Shown here: positions 13,280 to 27,089 of the stretch, one piece after another
Layout of the letters: every line of letters begins with the position of its first letter
Numbering within the stretch: position 1 is the stretch's first letter
Assembly: GCA_026770705.1 (NCBI GenBank)
Contig: JANJGN010000026.1
Span: forward strand, 31,124,001-31,188,000
Reading direction: 5' to 3'
Source of the DNA: Isurus oxyrinchus
Lineage: Eukaryota
Length of the DNA: 64,000 nucleotides
The notes under the pieces: generated by a model
Seen by the model: only the letters and a program-made list of their open reading frames with translations
Database searches by the model: none
What the model was told of the DNA's origin: nothing
Position numbers and translations under genes: made by a program

Positions 13280-13640
13280 TCATGCAAGGTGGGTATCACT
13301 GGCAAGGCCAGCATTTGCTGCCCACCCCAAATTGCCTTGGATTGAATTGTGTCCCCTACTATTTCAGATGGCAGTTAAGAGTCACCCACATTTCTGTGGG
13401 TCTGGAGTCACATGTAGACAAGACCAGATCAGGATGGCAGATTCGCTTCCCTAACGGATATTAATAAACCAGATGGCTCTTTATGACAATCGATGGTAGT
13501 TTCATGGTCACCATGACTGAGGCTAGCTTTCAATAGTTGAATTAATTCCACCATCGCCGTGGTGGGATTTGAATCTTTGTTCCCAGTGTATTACCATGGG
13601 CCTCTGGATTACTAGTCCAGTGCCACTAAACCCCCGTCTC
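13280..13640 (-). mobile_element. tRNA-derived SINE sharing its 3' tail with the adjacent LINE family
   Basis: Tail ggcaaggccagcatt..gccc matches the LINE end at ~10975-11030; tRNA-like head (ggatttgaatc..actagtccag). Confidence 0.7.
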
Positions 13641-14769
13641 ATCCTAAAATTGTTTAATTATTGAAATATTTAATTAAATTATGATAAGCCAGTGGGCAAT
13701 CTGCTTACAATGTAAAGGTTTCCTAATTTGCTAACTTCTTCCGCCTCAGAAAGCCTCTCTTCCAGACAGCAATCCCGCTGGCTGTGAATTACCGGATACA
13801 ATTCTTTTTTATAGAAACCAGATCTTACTCGGTTTGCAGTATTATGTAAAGGGAAGGAAACGTTATTCGACGTCGAAGGGAGGTTTTTAAATGAACAGCA
13901 GCTTAATTTAAGTGCTTGCAAACTTAATATTGTCGGAAATTTACCATTACTCAATTAAGATAAATTACCTTGTTTAATTTGACAAACAATAGAGATGTAT
14001 CTGCCGAGAGCCAGATTGTTGCACCGTTGGTATCTGTTTCTGTGTGTCTGCTCTGTGTGCGGATCAGGAATCCACCCGGCTGGTTATAAACCTTTTAGCT
14101 CATTCTCGTGTATTTCAGATAGTGCAGTTCGACACATTGATTCAAGAAGGTTGTATTTCATAGAAAGGTTAAAGCTTGACATAAAGCTTAAGAAGGCGCC
14201 TCACAAGCAAGATCAGTAATCTAGTGTCTGATAGATAGAAGGAACAACTTAGAAGCACTACATAAAAGGCATGGAAGAATCTCTAATCTGTTCAGAACCA
14301 ATGCTGTTTCTGACCCACCGTCCCTTGGTGGGCCAGCTTAATGGAAAGCATTAAAGACTAGGGGGAGCTTAATGATCTCCAGCCAATCTTTTCTAAAGTT
14401 GACATTACAGCGTATGAGAGAACATTGTTAATGGGGCGTTACCCTGTCATCTGTCTTGTGTATCGAGGCAAACGCAGTGTTCAAGCAACGTTAATGTGCA
14501 TCGACGTAATAAGGTTGAAGACCTCGAGTCAGCAATATAATATAAATGGTTTCATCTCTCGTAAGAAATAACCAAACGTTAATGAGTTTAAACTTCCATC
14601 AAAGACTGTCATTTTTAAATGAAGAGATTTATCTTGAATATCAGATAATTACTTCATAAGATTTGCCTGACCCTGAGCTCAATTTCAGAACAAAATTATT
14701 CAGCAAGTACCTGTAAAGTCCCAGAAAGCAGCGCCTGTTAATCATGGATATTATTCCAGCAATTTAAAT

Positions 14770-15170
14770 GGACAGCATGGTGTTTCACTCAGTATCTAAC
14801 ACAGTAACCCATGTTACATCTGCCCTGAGATTTTGGAGGGAACATTACTCTGTATTTAACGTGTGCTACACAAGACCTGGGGAATGTTCAATGGTACAGT
14901 GTAAAGGGATCCTTGTTCTATTTATAGCCTGTGTTGCGCCTTACCGAGGAATGTTTGATGCAGACAGATTGATGGGACTTTATTCTCCGTATAATCAGTC
15001 CTTTACCTGTCCAAAGCGAGGTTGCTGGGATGGGATTTTACTCTGTATGTAACTGGCACTGTACCTGCACTGAGAATTTTAAATGGAACATTTGAGAGGG
15101 AATATTACTCTGCATCCAATCCGTGCCTGTACCTGCCCTGCGAATGCTGTGCGAGGATCTTTACTTTGTG
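14770..15170. repeat. Degenerate ~65-bp tandem repeat interrupting a V pseudogene
   Basis: Recurrent ..ttactctgtat(c)taac..gtgctgtacctg..gggaatgtttgatgg.. units. Confidence 0.6.
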
Positions 15171-15199
15171 CAGCAACAGTTTCTTTCGATACTTAACCT

Positions 15200-15296
15200 A
15201 TTCTTTACAAAGACATGAGTACTGACAGTTTGGTGTATTATTACTCTCTCTGAGACTCACAGTGATGTGGAGCAATCTCACCACCGTGCAAAAACT
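15200..15296 (+). pseudogene. 3' end of a TCR alpha/delta-type V pseudogene with intact 23-RSS
   Basis: STDSLVYYYSL*D (cf. DSAVYYCALRD), then CACAGTG 15258-15264, 23 bp, GCAAAAACT 15288-15296. Possible leader at 13995 and FR2 remnant at ~14700 are weaker. Confidence 0.75.
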
Positions 15297-15673
15297 ACCT
15301 TTGGACTGTCGCTGGGAGCTCCTGTCCCTTTGGGGTTGTATAGAATTGCGGGCAGATGTCGCCTCAATGTGCAGCCCGCTTTCAGGCGCTGAAACATACA
15401 TCTAGAGGAAGCCAACTTAACCTCGGATCAAACTGTCACCCAACTGTTTTGAGAAGTGGTTGTGAAAACAAACTGCAGAATCCTATCATACCGATAGGTC
15501 GAGCACAGCTTCAGTCTTCTGATCAGTTGTTTATTCACTTAATATTTCATATCAGCTGGGAGAGCGAGGCCTCTGGCACTCAAGCGTCACTCAAAGCACG
15601 CCACTCGGCACAAGGCTAATGAGTCTAAAGCTGCCTGAAGCTCAGGGACACACAGAGACAGCAGACTGACGTC

Positions 15674-18172
15674 ACATAGAAACATAGAAACTAGGAGCAG
15701 GAGTAGGCCATTTGGCACTTCGAGCCTCCTCCGCCATTCAATATGATCATGTCTGATCCTTTATCTCAAAGCCATATTCCTGCTTTCTCTCCAAACCTAA
15801 TATCCAAAAATGTATCAAATTCTTTGTTTTTCGAATATACTCAGTGGCCCGGCCTCCACAGTCTTTTTTGGTAGAGAATTCGACAGGTTGAACACCCTCT
15901 GGGTGAAGAAATATTTCCTCATCTCGGTCCTAAATGGCCTGCCCCTCATCCGGAGACAGTGGCCCCTGGTTCTAGACGCCTGAACCAGGGGAAATAGCCT
16001 CCCTGCATACAGTCTGTCTAGCTATGTTAGAATTTTTATACGTTTCAATCAGATGCCCTCTCAATCTTGTAACCTCCATTGAATACAGACCAGGTTAAAC
16101 AAATCTCTCCTCCAACTACTGTCCTGCCTTCCCCAGTATCAGCTTAGTGAATCTTCGCTGCACTCCTTTGATGTGAAGTATATCCTTTCTTAAGTAGGGA
16201 GACCAAAACTGCACGCAGTACTCCAGGTGTGATCTCACCAAGGCCTTGTATAACTGTCGTAAGACATCCCCACTTCTGAACTCAAATCCTCTTGCAATAA
16301 AGGCCAACATAACATTTGCCTTCCTAATTGCTTGCTGCACCTGCTGCTTACTTTCATTAACTGGTGTACAAGAGCACCCAGATACCTTTCTACATCCGCA
16401 TCTCCCGATATATCACCATTTTAGTAATACTCTGCCTTTCTGTTTTTCACACCGAAGTGTATAACTTCACATTTATCCACGTTATACTGCATCTGCAATG
16501 TGTTTGCCCACACACACGCAACTTGTCTAAATCTCCCTGAAGCCTCCTTGCATCCTCCTCACAACTCAGAGCCCCGTCCAGATTTGTGCCGTCAGCAAAC
16601 TTAGAAATATTGCATTTGGTTGCCTCATCCAAGTTATTTAGATATATCGTGAATAGCTGGGGTCCAAGAACTGATCCCTGCGGTACACCACTAGTGCGGC
16701 ACACCATTAGTCACCTCTTGTCACCTGGAAAAAGGCCCATTTATTCCCAATCTCCGTTTCTGGTCTGTCAACCAATTCTCAATCCAGGCCAGTATATTAT
16801 CCCGAATCCCATGTACTTAAATTTTGCAGACTAGCATATTATGTGGGACCTTATGACAAGTTATCTTGAATTACAAATACACCACATCCACTGGTTCTCC
16901 CTTAACTATTCTACAAGTTGCGTCCTCAAAAACTCCAGTAGATTAGTTAAGCACGATTTCACTTTCATAAATCCATGCTGACTTTATCTAATTCGTTAGT
17001 GCTTTCCAGATGTTCTGTTACCACATATTTTCTAATAGATTCTAGATTTTCTCCACTATTGATGTGCGGCTAATTAGCCTGTAATTCTCTGTCTTTTCCC
17101 TCTCTCCTTTTTTAAATAGTGGGGTTACATTTGCCACCCTCCAATCTGTAAGAAATGCTTCAGTGTCTACAGAATTTTGGAAGTTGCCCACCAATGCATC
17201 CAGCATTTCCAGGGCCAATTCCTTTAGTTCTCCGGGGTGATATTATCTAGCCCTGGGGATTTTTCAGCCTTTAACCCCATTCATTTCTCACGCACAACAT
17301 TTTTACTAATACTACTTTTCTTCAATTCCTCCGTCTGACTGGACCCTTGTTTCCCTAACATTTCTGGGAAATTAGTTGTGTTCTCTTTTGTAAAAGCTTT
17401 TACAGTCAGTTGTTATGTTCCCTGCAAGTTTACTCTCATGCTCCATTTTTCCCTTCTTGGTCAACCTTTTTCTCCACTTTTGCTGAATTCTAAACTGCTC
17501 CCACTCCTCAAGCTTTCTGCTTTTTATGACAAATATATATGTCTCTTCTTTGGATCCTTCATTTGTCTTGTAAGCTATGGTTGAACTACTGTTATCATTT
17601 TGCGACAGAGAGGAATGAATAATTGTTATAATTCATGCATATGCTCCTTAAATATTAGCAATTGCCTATCCACTGTCAACACTTTCAGTTAGGTTCCTCA
17701 ATCCATCCTTGCCAACTCGAACCTCGTACTCATCCAATTCCCTTTATTTAAATTCAGGGCCCTAGTTTAGGATTCAACTTCTTCACTCTCCATAATACTG
17801 AGCAATTCCATCATTTTATGTCTGCTCATCCCCTAGGGACCCCACACAGCAAGATTGTTAATTAATCCTTTCTCATTGCACAATGCCCAGTCTAGGAAAG
17901 CCTGCTCTCTAGTTGGTTCCTGAACGTATTAATCGAAAAACCAGCACGTACATACTCCAGGAAACGCTCCTCCACAATATTATTACTAGTTTGGCTTGTC
18001 AAATCTATATACAGATTAAAGTCACCCATGATAACAGCTGCACCCTTATTTCATTTTCTCTAATTTCCTGATTAATGCATTCCTTTACGTTCCCATTACT
18101 GTTTAGGGGCCTATAGGTAACCCCCGCCAACGTTTTCGGAGGCTTGGTGTTTCTTATCTCTACACAGGGACT
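15674..18172 (-). mobile_element. CR1 LINE (~2.5 kb, 5' truncated, EN/RT remnants)
   Basis: [30 protein letters not shown]; LYKALVRSHLEYCVQFWSPYLRKDI; catagaaa 3' tail; flanked by GCAGACTGACGTCA at 15661 and 18173. Confidence 0.93.
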
Positions 18173-19289
18173 GCAGACTGACGTCAAACGGACTGGTGAC
18201 TGACGTCACAAGAATGCCACCGACTGACATCACAGAGGAAGCGGGCTTCGGTCACGCGGACTTCAGACTGATGTCACATAGACTGCTGACTGATGACACA
18301 CGGACAACAAATTGCACTGCTAGCATCAGGGGTCATGGGACTAAGTAGGCTGGGGATTGTGATGGTAATGGGAAAGATAAGGACAATCGAGCAGAAAGAG
18401 TAGTTACGCAGATCAGAATGAAAAGGGATGCATATACAGAGATAACAGAAATAAACATAATGTTTCTGATAAAATAAAACAACAAATTCTGGAAGAGAAT
18501 CATTGGAGAAATTGAATGAAAGAAAGATCTGAGCAAGACTAATGGGGGCTCCTGTGGGTGCATCCGTTCAATGTTTCCATTGCCTCAATGGTGAAATGTT
18601 TGGTCAATGGTGTTGCTCAGCTGAGTAAGGCCTTCTCCATAGATCAGCATTATGCTTGTTCTAAATGTTTACTAAGGGTTCTGCTGTCTATTTCCTCATT
18701 AGGAAGGTCACTGCTGCTGTGAAGTTGGGGTAACGGAATTGGCATTGTTCTGTGGAACACAAGAGGACAATGAGGGACTGAATGCGCTCAGCATGACTGA
18801 GGTAAGGTGACGTAGACTGATATAGAACTAAAGGTACTAACACTGACTGAGGCTCAAGGACATAAAGACACAGGTTTCAGCAGGAAAACTGCTTGGACAT
18901 CTGGGGGTTGTAATGGGAAGGAGGAAGATAGGGAGAAGCAAGCAGAACCGATGTGGAAAATTAGCCAAAAGAGAGGAATAATGAGACAGGTAAATGGGAA
19001 ACAAAAAGCAGGTTGAAATAAAATAAAGTTTTGAAACTGGCACATGGAAGAGATTGAATGAAAGGAAATATGAACAATATTTCTGAGTAGATAAGTGAGC
19101 CACGCCCTGGTGTATTAGCTCATTGCCGGTCTGCATTTAAAGAGTCAAACTCTGTTTATATTACAAGAGGCCCTATCTCAGTTATTACTGCATTAGGACA
19201 TGTCCATGTTTATATTTCACTAGGTCCTGTAAATTTAACCGAAGTAGGGAAATACTAAGTTAAGGCTGAAAGTGAAGGGTTTATGAGTG

Positions 19290-19935
19290 TGTGTAAATAT
19301 GTCTTTGAAGTTACAATGTTAAGGAAGAACCTAAAGAGTGTTCGTGGTCCTTGTCTTTATTTTTTAAATAGAAGCATCGCGTACAAAGGCAAGGGAGTGC
19401 TGCTCGCCATCACAGAATACTCATTAGGCACCAAACGTTTTGTTAAATATTCGGCATTACATCTTAAAGAGAGAAAGGCCTTTCAGATGGATCAGAAGAG
19501 ATTCATTAGATTGATACCAAAGATGAAATAATTGACTTCTGCAGAGAGATCAAAGAAATGTTGATCTTCTTGCAGCTTTGGGGTTTAAGTGGTAATATGA
19601 CAGTAATGCTCAAATACATGAAGTCATTTGGGACAGAGGGTGGAAAACCGAACAGACACATTTAAAGCAATTTGCAACAGCACCAAAATCGGCACAAGAG
19701 AAAGCGATGACCATGAATGCTCTGTCTCAAAAGGCGGTGCAAGCCGACTCAATAGGATTGTTTAAAAGTCAATTGGATAAATCAATGATGTGCAAACATT
19801 TGCATGATTAAAAGAGAATTACACGAGAACTGAACCGATTTTTTTTAGCTCTTTCAACAATCTGGCACACATGATGAGCTGAAAGGCCTTTCATGTGTTG
19901 TATTATGTGCTGCACTATTTTCTAATTCTATGATG
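19290..19935 (+). mobile_element. Decayed CR1 LINE 3' fragment
   Basis: ..QKRFIRLIPKMK motif and ttctatga tail. Confidence 0.65.
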
Positions 19936-19979
19936 AGACGACCAACTCTTTAAATTACCTTAAGCCTCTTTGCATTTGT

Positions 19980-21000
19980 TACTGCTCTCGCTCTTTCTCA
20001 GTTAATATGATGCTAGTCCCTGTGTCAGTCATTATGAAACAATACCATGACCACGCTGTTAAATTGCGTTAGAAACCGTATCTGCTTAATTATGCTGCAC
20101 AAAATTCTGTTTATTGCACATGAGACTATGTATCTACTTATATTACATAAGCTTCCGTCTCAGTTATGACTGCAGTAAACCACAGCACTGAATTTGCTGC
20201 ACGGGACCATGTCCATTTTTTATTATATAATGCAACTTCTTCTGTTACATTAGACTCTGTCTTTATTTATATTAAACTCGACCATTTATTTGACTGTGCC
20301 ATTTTTGACCATGTCTCTCTTTATATTAGACTAGACCACGTCGCTGTTTATATTACACTATAACCTGCTTGTTTATATTACACTAGGCCCCGCCTCTGTT
20401 TCTATTAAACTATATTCCACCTCTTGTCTGTATTACACTAGGCTTTATCCCTGTTTGTAATATGCAAGGCCATCTCTCTCTTAAATTGCACTAAACCCTG
20501 TCTTTGTTTATGCTGAACAGGACCACGTCTCTGTTAGTATTATACTAAACCCTATAACTGTTTATATTATACTAGGTCAAGTCTCAGTTTATATTCCAGC
20601 AAGCTTAGTTGTTATTGCATCTTTCTATATGCTTTTAAATTAACCTACACCCTACCGCGGTTATTACTGCAACAGGACTTGTCTCAGTTTGCAGGACATT
20701 CATTCATGTTTCAGTTAACCTGACACTGGGACACGCTACGTCTCTTTCTTTTATATTTCACTTGATCTTGCATCCATTTTTATTATATACGACATTGTTT
20801 TTATTCATAATAAACTAGAAAATGCGTTTGTTTATATCACATGAATGTCTTAGCCATTACCAGACGAGACACTGCCTCTGTTTAAATCATAACGTTGGAA
20901 TTTCTGATTTTCATTTAATAACAGGCCCTGCTGCTGCTTGGCTGTATCAGTTTATATCACTCGAGGCAATTTGTCATGTGTAACTGGACTAGGCCATGCC
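19980..21000 (+). repeat. Degenerate 27-bp satellite (ttatattacactagaccctgtctcagt family)
   Basis: Recurring tt(t)atattacactag..c..tgtctc units; same family as 53790-55460. Confidence 0.8.
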
Positions 21001-21004
21001 TCTG

Positions 21005-23400
21005 CTGGCCCATCGAGTCTGCTCCGCCAGTCAACAAGATTATGGCTGATCTGATAATCATCAACTCCAATGTCCTGCTTATTCCTCACAACTCTTGATT
21101 TCTTGACAGGTTAAAGATCTCTCCACCTCAGCTTTGAACATATCTAACGGCCCAGCCTCTACAGGCTTCTGTGGTAATTAAGTCCACAGATTCGCTACCC
21201 TCTGAGAGAAGAAATTCCTCCTCATCTCTGTCTCAAATGGCGACTCTTTACTCTGAGATTGTGACCGCTGGCCCTGGTCTCCCACAATGGGGAACAACCT
21301 CTCAGCATCTACCCTGTCAAAGCCCCCCCAGGATCTTACATGTTTCATAAGGTCGCCGCTCATTCTTCTAAACTCCAATGAGTACAGGCCCAATCTACTC
21401 AACCTCTCCTCATAAGAAAATCCCTCCATCCCCGGGATCAACCTAATGAGCCTTCTTTGGACTGACTCGAAAGCCAATATATCTTTTGTCAGATAAGGGG
21501 ACCAAAACTGTTCACAATGTTCCAGGTGTGGTCTAATTAGTGCCTTGTATAATTTAAGCAAGACTTCCCTGTTTTTATACTCCATTCCTTTGAAATGAAG
21601 TCAAATATTCCATTTGTCTTCCCTATTACCTGCTGAATTTGAATGCTAGCTTTTTGTGATTTGTGCACGAAAGCCACCAGAACCCTCTGTGCTGCAGCTT
21701 TCAGTGGTCTTTCTCCATTTAAATAATATTCAGCTCCTCTATTCTTCCTGTCAAAGTGCATAACCTGACACTTTCCCACATTAAATTCCATCTGCCAAGT
21801 CTTTGCCCACTCACCTAACCCGTCGCTATCCATTTGTAGACTCTTTGTGTCACCTCACCACCTGCCTTCCCACCTATTTCTGTGCCATCCACAAACTTGG
21901 CGATAGTACATTCACTTCCTCCTCCAAACCATTAATATATATTGTAAATAATTGTGGCCACAGCACTGATCCCTGTGGCACTCCACTAGTTACAGTTTGC
22001 CAGCAACAAAATGTGCCTCTTATTCCAAATCTGTCTTCTATTAGTTAGTCAATCTCTATCCATGCTAACATACTACCCACAATCCCTTGGGTTCTTAACT
22101 TATTAAGTAACCTTATGCGTGGTACCTTAAGAAAATCCAAATATATTACTCCTGCTGGTTGTCCTTTATCTATCCTGCTTGTTACCTCCTCAAAGAATTC
22201 TAATAAATTTGTCAGGCATGATTTCCCTTTCATGAAGCCTTGCTAACTCAGCTTGATTATATTATGCACCTTTAAATCCTCTGAGCATCACTTATGATAA
22301 ACTTTAACATTTCCCCAATGGTGAATGTTAAGCTAACTGGCCTGTGGTTAAATGTTTATTGTCTCCCTCCCTTTTTGAACAAGGGCGTTACATTGACAGT
22401 TTTCCAATCCTCTGGGACTTCTCTGGGATCTAAGGATTCTTGGGAGATCTAAGGATTCTTGGAAGACCAGTGTGTCCACTATCTCTGCAGCTATTTCATT
22501 TAATATCCTAGGATGCAACTCATCACATTCAGGGGGGCAACAGCGTTTCGGCCCATTAGTTTCCTTAGCACATTTCACTGGTGATGATTGTATTTATTTC
22601 CTCCCCACTCCCCGCCATTTTGCCCTTGATAATTTCATACCTTTGGAATGTTATTAGTGCCTTTTACCATGAAGACTGATGCAAAGTATTTATTAAACTC
22701 CTCTGCCATTCCCTGGCTCCCCATTATAATTTCCAGAGCCTCATTCTCTAATGGGCCTAGTTTCACTTTGGCCTTTTCCTATTTCAAGTTCCTCTCCAGC
22801 CCTGAGGAGATGTCCTTAACCCTGGCACCTCGCAGACAACACAGCCTTCGGGACTCACGCTCACGGATGCAGAGAACAGCATCTATCCCCCTAATTAAAC
22901 TGTTTCCTACCACTGCATTCAATTTTTTCCCACCATTTTAATGTTTCCCTCTACCACGGTGCCGTGGCCAGTTCCCCCATCCTCCCTGCAGCCCCTGCTC
23001 TCGTCCACACAGCTTGCAAGAGCCTCGTGACTCTTGAACAATTGCAGGGGCCGAGGTTCCTCGAACGCTACCCCCTGGGTCCACACAGCTGCCTCACCTG
23101 CAGTCACAAACTCCTGTCCTTGATCACAGACCAGATTGGAATTACCTAATCTCATGTGGTGTGACCAACTCCCAGAGTAAAGTGTCCAGTTAGCTCTCCC
23201 CCTCCCTGATGTGGCACAATTTCTGCAGCTTGGATTCCAGCTCCTCAACTCGGATTCAAAATTCCTGGAACTCTCGAACATTTAATACAGATGTGCTCGC
23301 TTTGAATCAACTTGATGTCCAGCAGTTGCCACATGCTGCAGCAGCAGCAGCACATTACCTACCCTGCGATCAATATTGTATTTTATTTAATTTATTAAAC
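21005..23400 (-). mobile_element. CR1 LINE with internal deletions (RT plus upstream remnant)
   Basis: ORFs LYKALIRPHLEHCEQFWSPYL, WAKTWQMEFNVGKC, KGKSCLTNLLEFFEEVT and LHPRILNEIAAEIVD. Confidence 0.93.
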
Positions 23401-23504
23401 AATTATTCTGGTATCCCTGCTCTTTTCACTTGAAGAATCCCCCACTCTTTACATTTTTTTGGAATTAATTTTGTGGGGTGGAGTGCTGCTGAGAATGAAA
23501 AATG

Positions 23505-23569
23505 AAAGATAGAAAGAAAGGAAGGAAAAGGGAAGGAGGGAAGGAAGAAAGGAAGAAAGAAATAGAGAG

Positions 23570-23608
<39 letters not shown>

Positions 23609-23610
23609 AA
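23505..23610. repeat. (GAAA)n/(GGAA)n microsatellite
   Basis: Directly visible. Confidence 0.95.
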
Positions 23611-24002
23611 CAATTCACAAACAACAATGGGATAAAATAGTTTTTGTGGGGTTAATTGAGTGGTACATATTGGCAAAACCTCTCTGGGTTCTGTCTATGA
23701 TTGTAACCAGGGGATGATTTGTGTTCCATCTCAGAGGACAGTCGTGGATTCAGTTCAGAGTTTGATCAGGGAAGACATCACCTCAGGCAGTGCAGCACTC
23801 CTTCAGTACAGGAAAGTCTGGGCGCTCAGCACTGGGGATGGGCCTTGCACCTCTGGAGTGCGGGGCTTGAGCCTTGGACTTTCCGATTCGGCTACGAGAG
23901 ATAAAGTGGCACACACCAAAACACTCTAATGGAGAGGAAAGAATATGAGACGGAGACAGAAGATGAACCTTAAAGGGAGGATACAAATATTTTATTGCTC
24001 TT

Positions 24003-24885
24003 TCACCAATTAAATGAAGCAGTGAAGGTGGCGGAAGGGCACTTCAGCATATTCTTCAACTGCTCTCCGAACTTTGTCTGGGTCACTGCATAGATGAAAA
24101 CATTGGTGCAGGAGCTGAGAAGCTGGAGCATGTTGGTTGTCTCTTGAAGGATGAATTGCGGGTCATTGAAATCAAGGCCAGTGAAATATGCCTCACCTGT
24201 AATCTGCACTTGGAGGAAATGTCCGACATAGGTGACCCACAGGAGGAGAAAGTTGAGGGAGATGGCGAAGAGCAGCACAATGGGCCTTTTACGGTTGTCC
24301 ATCTCTGGATCACTGTGACTCTCGGCTCCCCGGAGCCTCCTGCGAGCTCTGCTGGCCGCTAAAATGTGCCTTATGGTCAGTGCATTGAGCAGCAGAATGA
24401 GGAGGAACGGGAGGAAGGGGGTTAAGATGCGGTCAAGTCAGTCAAAGACCTGCCAGATGGGCAATGTGTAATAGGTGGACTTGATGTTGCAGAACTAAGG
24501 CACCCCGTCCAGAATATACAAGGGCTGGAAGCTGAAGTAGAAAGGGACGCTCTTGACACAGCTCAGGGCACTGACCAGTCCTATAACCAGTGATGCAGTT
24601 TTCTCAGTGCAGTATCTGGCCTTCAGGCTCTGACAGCAGATGGCCACGAAACGGTCAGCCAGACTGAGCCATCTCGTGTGGCATAGATGAGCATGGTGCT
24701 GACAGCGCACCCTGGGGTGGTGAAGAGGACACTCTCACGAAAGTAGATGCCACTGATCCGGTTCAATTTGACAGCGGTGATGATGACCAGGAAATCTGTC
24801 ACCACTATCACCACCAGGTAATAGGTGATGCATTGGGAGAGCCCGCACCGGCCACGGGATAAGATTATGATCGCCACCATGTTGA
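24003..24885 (-). pseudogene. Class A orphan GPCR pseudogene, GPR139/GPR142-like
   Basis: Acceptor ttccttcctcacag, then VNMVAIIILSRGRCGLSQCITYYLV..TD, DRFVAICC..YCTEKTA and LQLLSSCTNVFIYAVTQTKF. Frameshift near 24660; stops at ~24495 and ~24440. Confidence 0.85.
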
Positions 24886-25049
24886 CTGTGAGGAAGGAAA
24901 AGAGAGATATGTTACCGAGCGAACTGCAAACACCAGCTGCTGCCTCATGCAACTTGTTAATAAAAAACCGTCCTCACCCGTGCCTGTGCCACCTCCTGAC
25001 TACAACCATTCCAAAGCCGTAACTGCTTGTTTGGCATCCAATTCTGGAT

Positions 25050-25790
25050 AAGTGCATATTTGATTCAATAGACATTTGAGACTATTGCCTTCAATCCCCA
25101 CTAAAAACTCTGTTCTCTCACCACTGAGTCCATCCGCCGAGGCTTGAGGCCCTTTACAATCTTGGCGACCTGTTCGAGCCAGAGCTGCGCTTCCAAACGT
25201 CCTCCGCCCTATGATGATCATCCTGCACCAAGACTGGTCACTTCCACATTTCTAATATCGACCATAATATCACACATCCCAAAACCTGCCTTCGGTTAGC
25301 AGCTGCTCAAGGTTTCCCCATACATTTGTAACATCTAGATGCCAACAATTGGAATAGTCTCTTGGCGTTCTTCCACTTTAGGTCATCAGTGATCTTAAAC
25401 TCATCTGAAGCACTTGGTGGGGATATTCCTATTCACAGGAAGTCCCATTCATCCACCAGCCCTGTGTTCACCCACTTACATTGGCTCCCAGCCTGGCAAC
25501 ACCTTGAATTTAGTTTCCTCATCCTTGCTTTCAAATCCACCCATAGCCTCGCCATTACTTACTCCAGTAACCCTCTAACATCGTTTTGTTCACAGCCAAT
25601 ATCTATAATCTTGTCTACCCCTGAAATTAAATGTTCCACCAGTGGCGAAGTTGTCTTTGGCTGCCGTGGCCTTAATGTCTGGATATCCCTCCCTCAAATC
25701 CTTCACCTTTCTTTCTTTCTACCAGACGATTCTCAAATCCTACTCATTCGATGAAGCTTTTGGTTATCGGTCCTCATTTCTCCTTATGTA
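25050..25790 (+). mobile_element. Decayed L2-clade LINE 3' region
   Basis: SPVFTHLHWLP..EFSFLILAFK motif typical of the L2 ORF2 C-terminus. Confidence 0.75.
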
Positions 25791-26532
25791 GCTGATATCA
25801 AATTTTGTTTGTTAAATCTGCTGTGAAGCACCTTCCCTCGCCACACAGTCTGCAGAGGTTGAAGTAAAAAGCTCAACTCTAATTTCTCAAGTGGAAACGA
25901 GGGATGGGCAATAAATTTTGACCTTGCCAACGACAGTAATAAATGAATATTATATTCTACTGCATAATAATAAATGAAAAATACTACTTCCTTCCAGAGG
26001 TTGCACTGCTGATTCCTGCAATTAATGAGTGTACAATTTATATCACAATGCATCTAATGTAATTATTGCACTGTAAAGAATCAGTGTAAATCATTGTAAT
26101 AAAATAAATGCAGACAATGATGTTTAATACTCTGTGATACGCCATTATTCCATACAATGCTAAAAACGCTATAATGCATTTTATTACATTGGAATGAAAG
26201 CTAATGTTTAACAATGTAACGTAATACTGTCCATACATTTTCATACATTATACTTCATAATTCAGCAACCCAACAGACGCTGTTTCTATAAACTTGCACC
26301 ATAGATCATTGAATAATATCTTGTGCTGCTACATCATGCAAGTGGAATTCATAAACTATAAGTCACCGTAATGCAGTACAATATCATATACTGCACCTCT
26401 ATACAGGAATACAGTTGACATTCCTTAAACTCAAACAGAGCGCTGAATATTAAAAAAAGACCCTTCCCGAAATCTAAGGCACAAGTGTTCTGGCGACTTA
26501 AAAGAAAGTAAATAATTAATTTGGAGTCTATA

Positions 26533-26592
26533 ACTTACCCGGGACACTAATAACAGCGAGAACAGGATAGTAAATAGCACAGACAGGTCCAT
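26533..26592 (-). pseudogene. Orphan signal-peptide (leader)-like exon
   Basis: MDLSVLFTILFSLLLVSR followed by GTAAGT. Phase 0 rather than 1, and no intact V exon downstream. Confidence 0.35.
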
Positions 26593-27089
26593 TCGCTGAC
26601 CCGTGCATCTCCTTTCACAAACTAAGGGAATTCTGCAAGCTGTGAACCTTAGCTCTGAGATGCTTTCAACTTATACTGGCTGAAACTCTCAAAGGGACAA
26701 TTAGGTTAGAACATGCACCTTAGTTACAGTTCAGTGAACAAACAGAAGGACTCACGGTTTCATGCCTTCCATTTGTAACATCAGCCAGGTGGATGGTTCC
26801 ATATCTTTTTGGGCGAGCTGCTGGTTGCCAATTCTGCGGCACAACTACCTCTCCTTCCGTCCAAACCATTTCTTGGAGTCCTCATTAAGCAGCCAATAAT
26901 TGTCGATATGGTCCACAGACCCAATCTCTAAGCTAAAACTGTTTCTTCCCATCTCTACTATGTTCCCAAATAGTTTGTGTTTTTAAGAGTCAGGTTAGAT
27001 CGTGTGTTTGATTGATTGGTAAGTATTTTAGTTCTTAATCATTTAGTGCAATCAAATCATTAAATTGACTTATCGCTGAACAATTTTAG

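Noticed and set aside
13995-15296. Pseudo-V as the supporting V for the IgH-like cluster
   Set aside because: It is decayed, interrupted by repeats and appears to have had its own leader-like sequence; no evidence it was a leaderless support domain.
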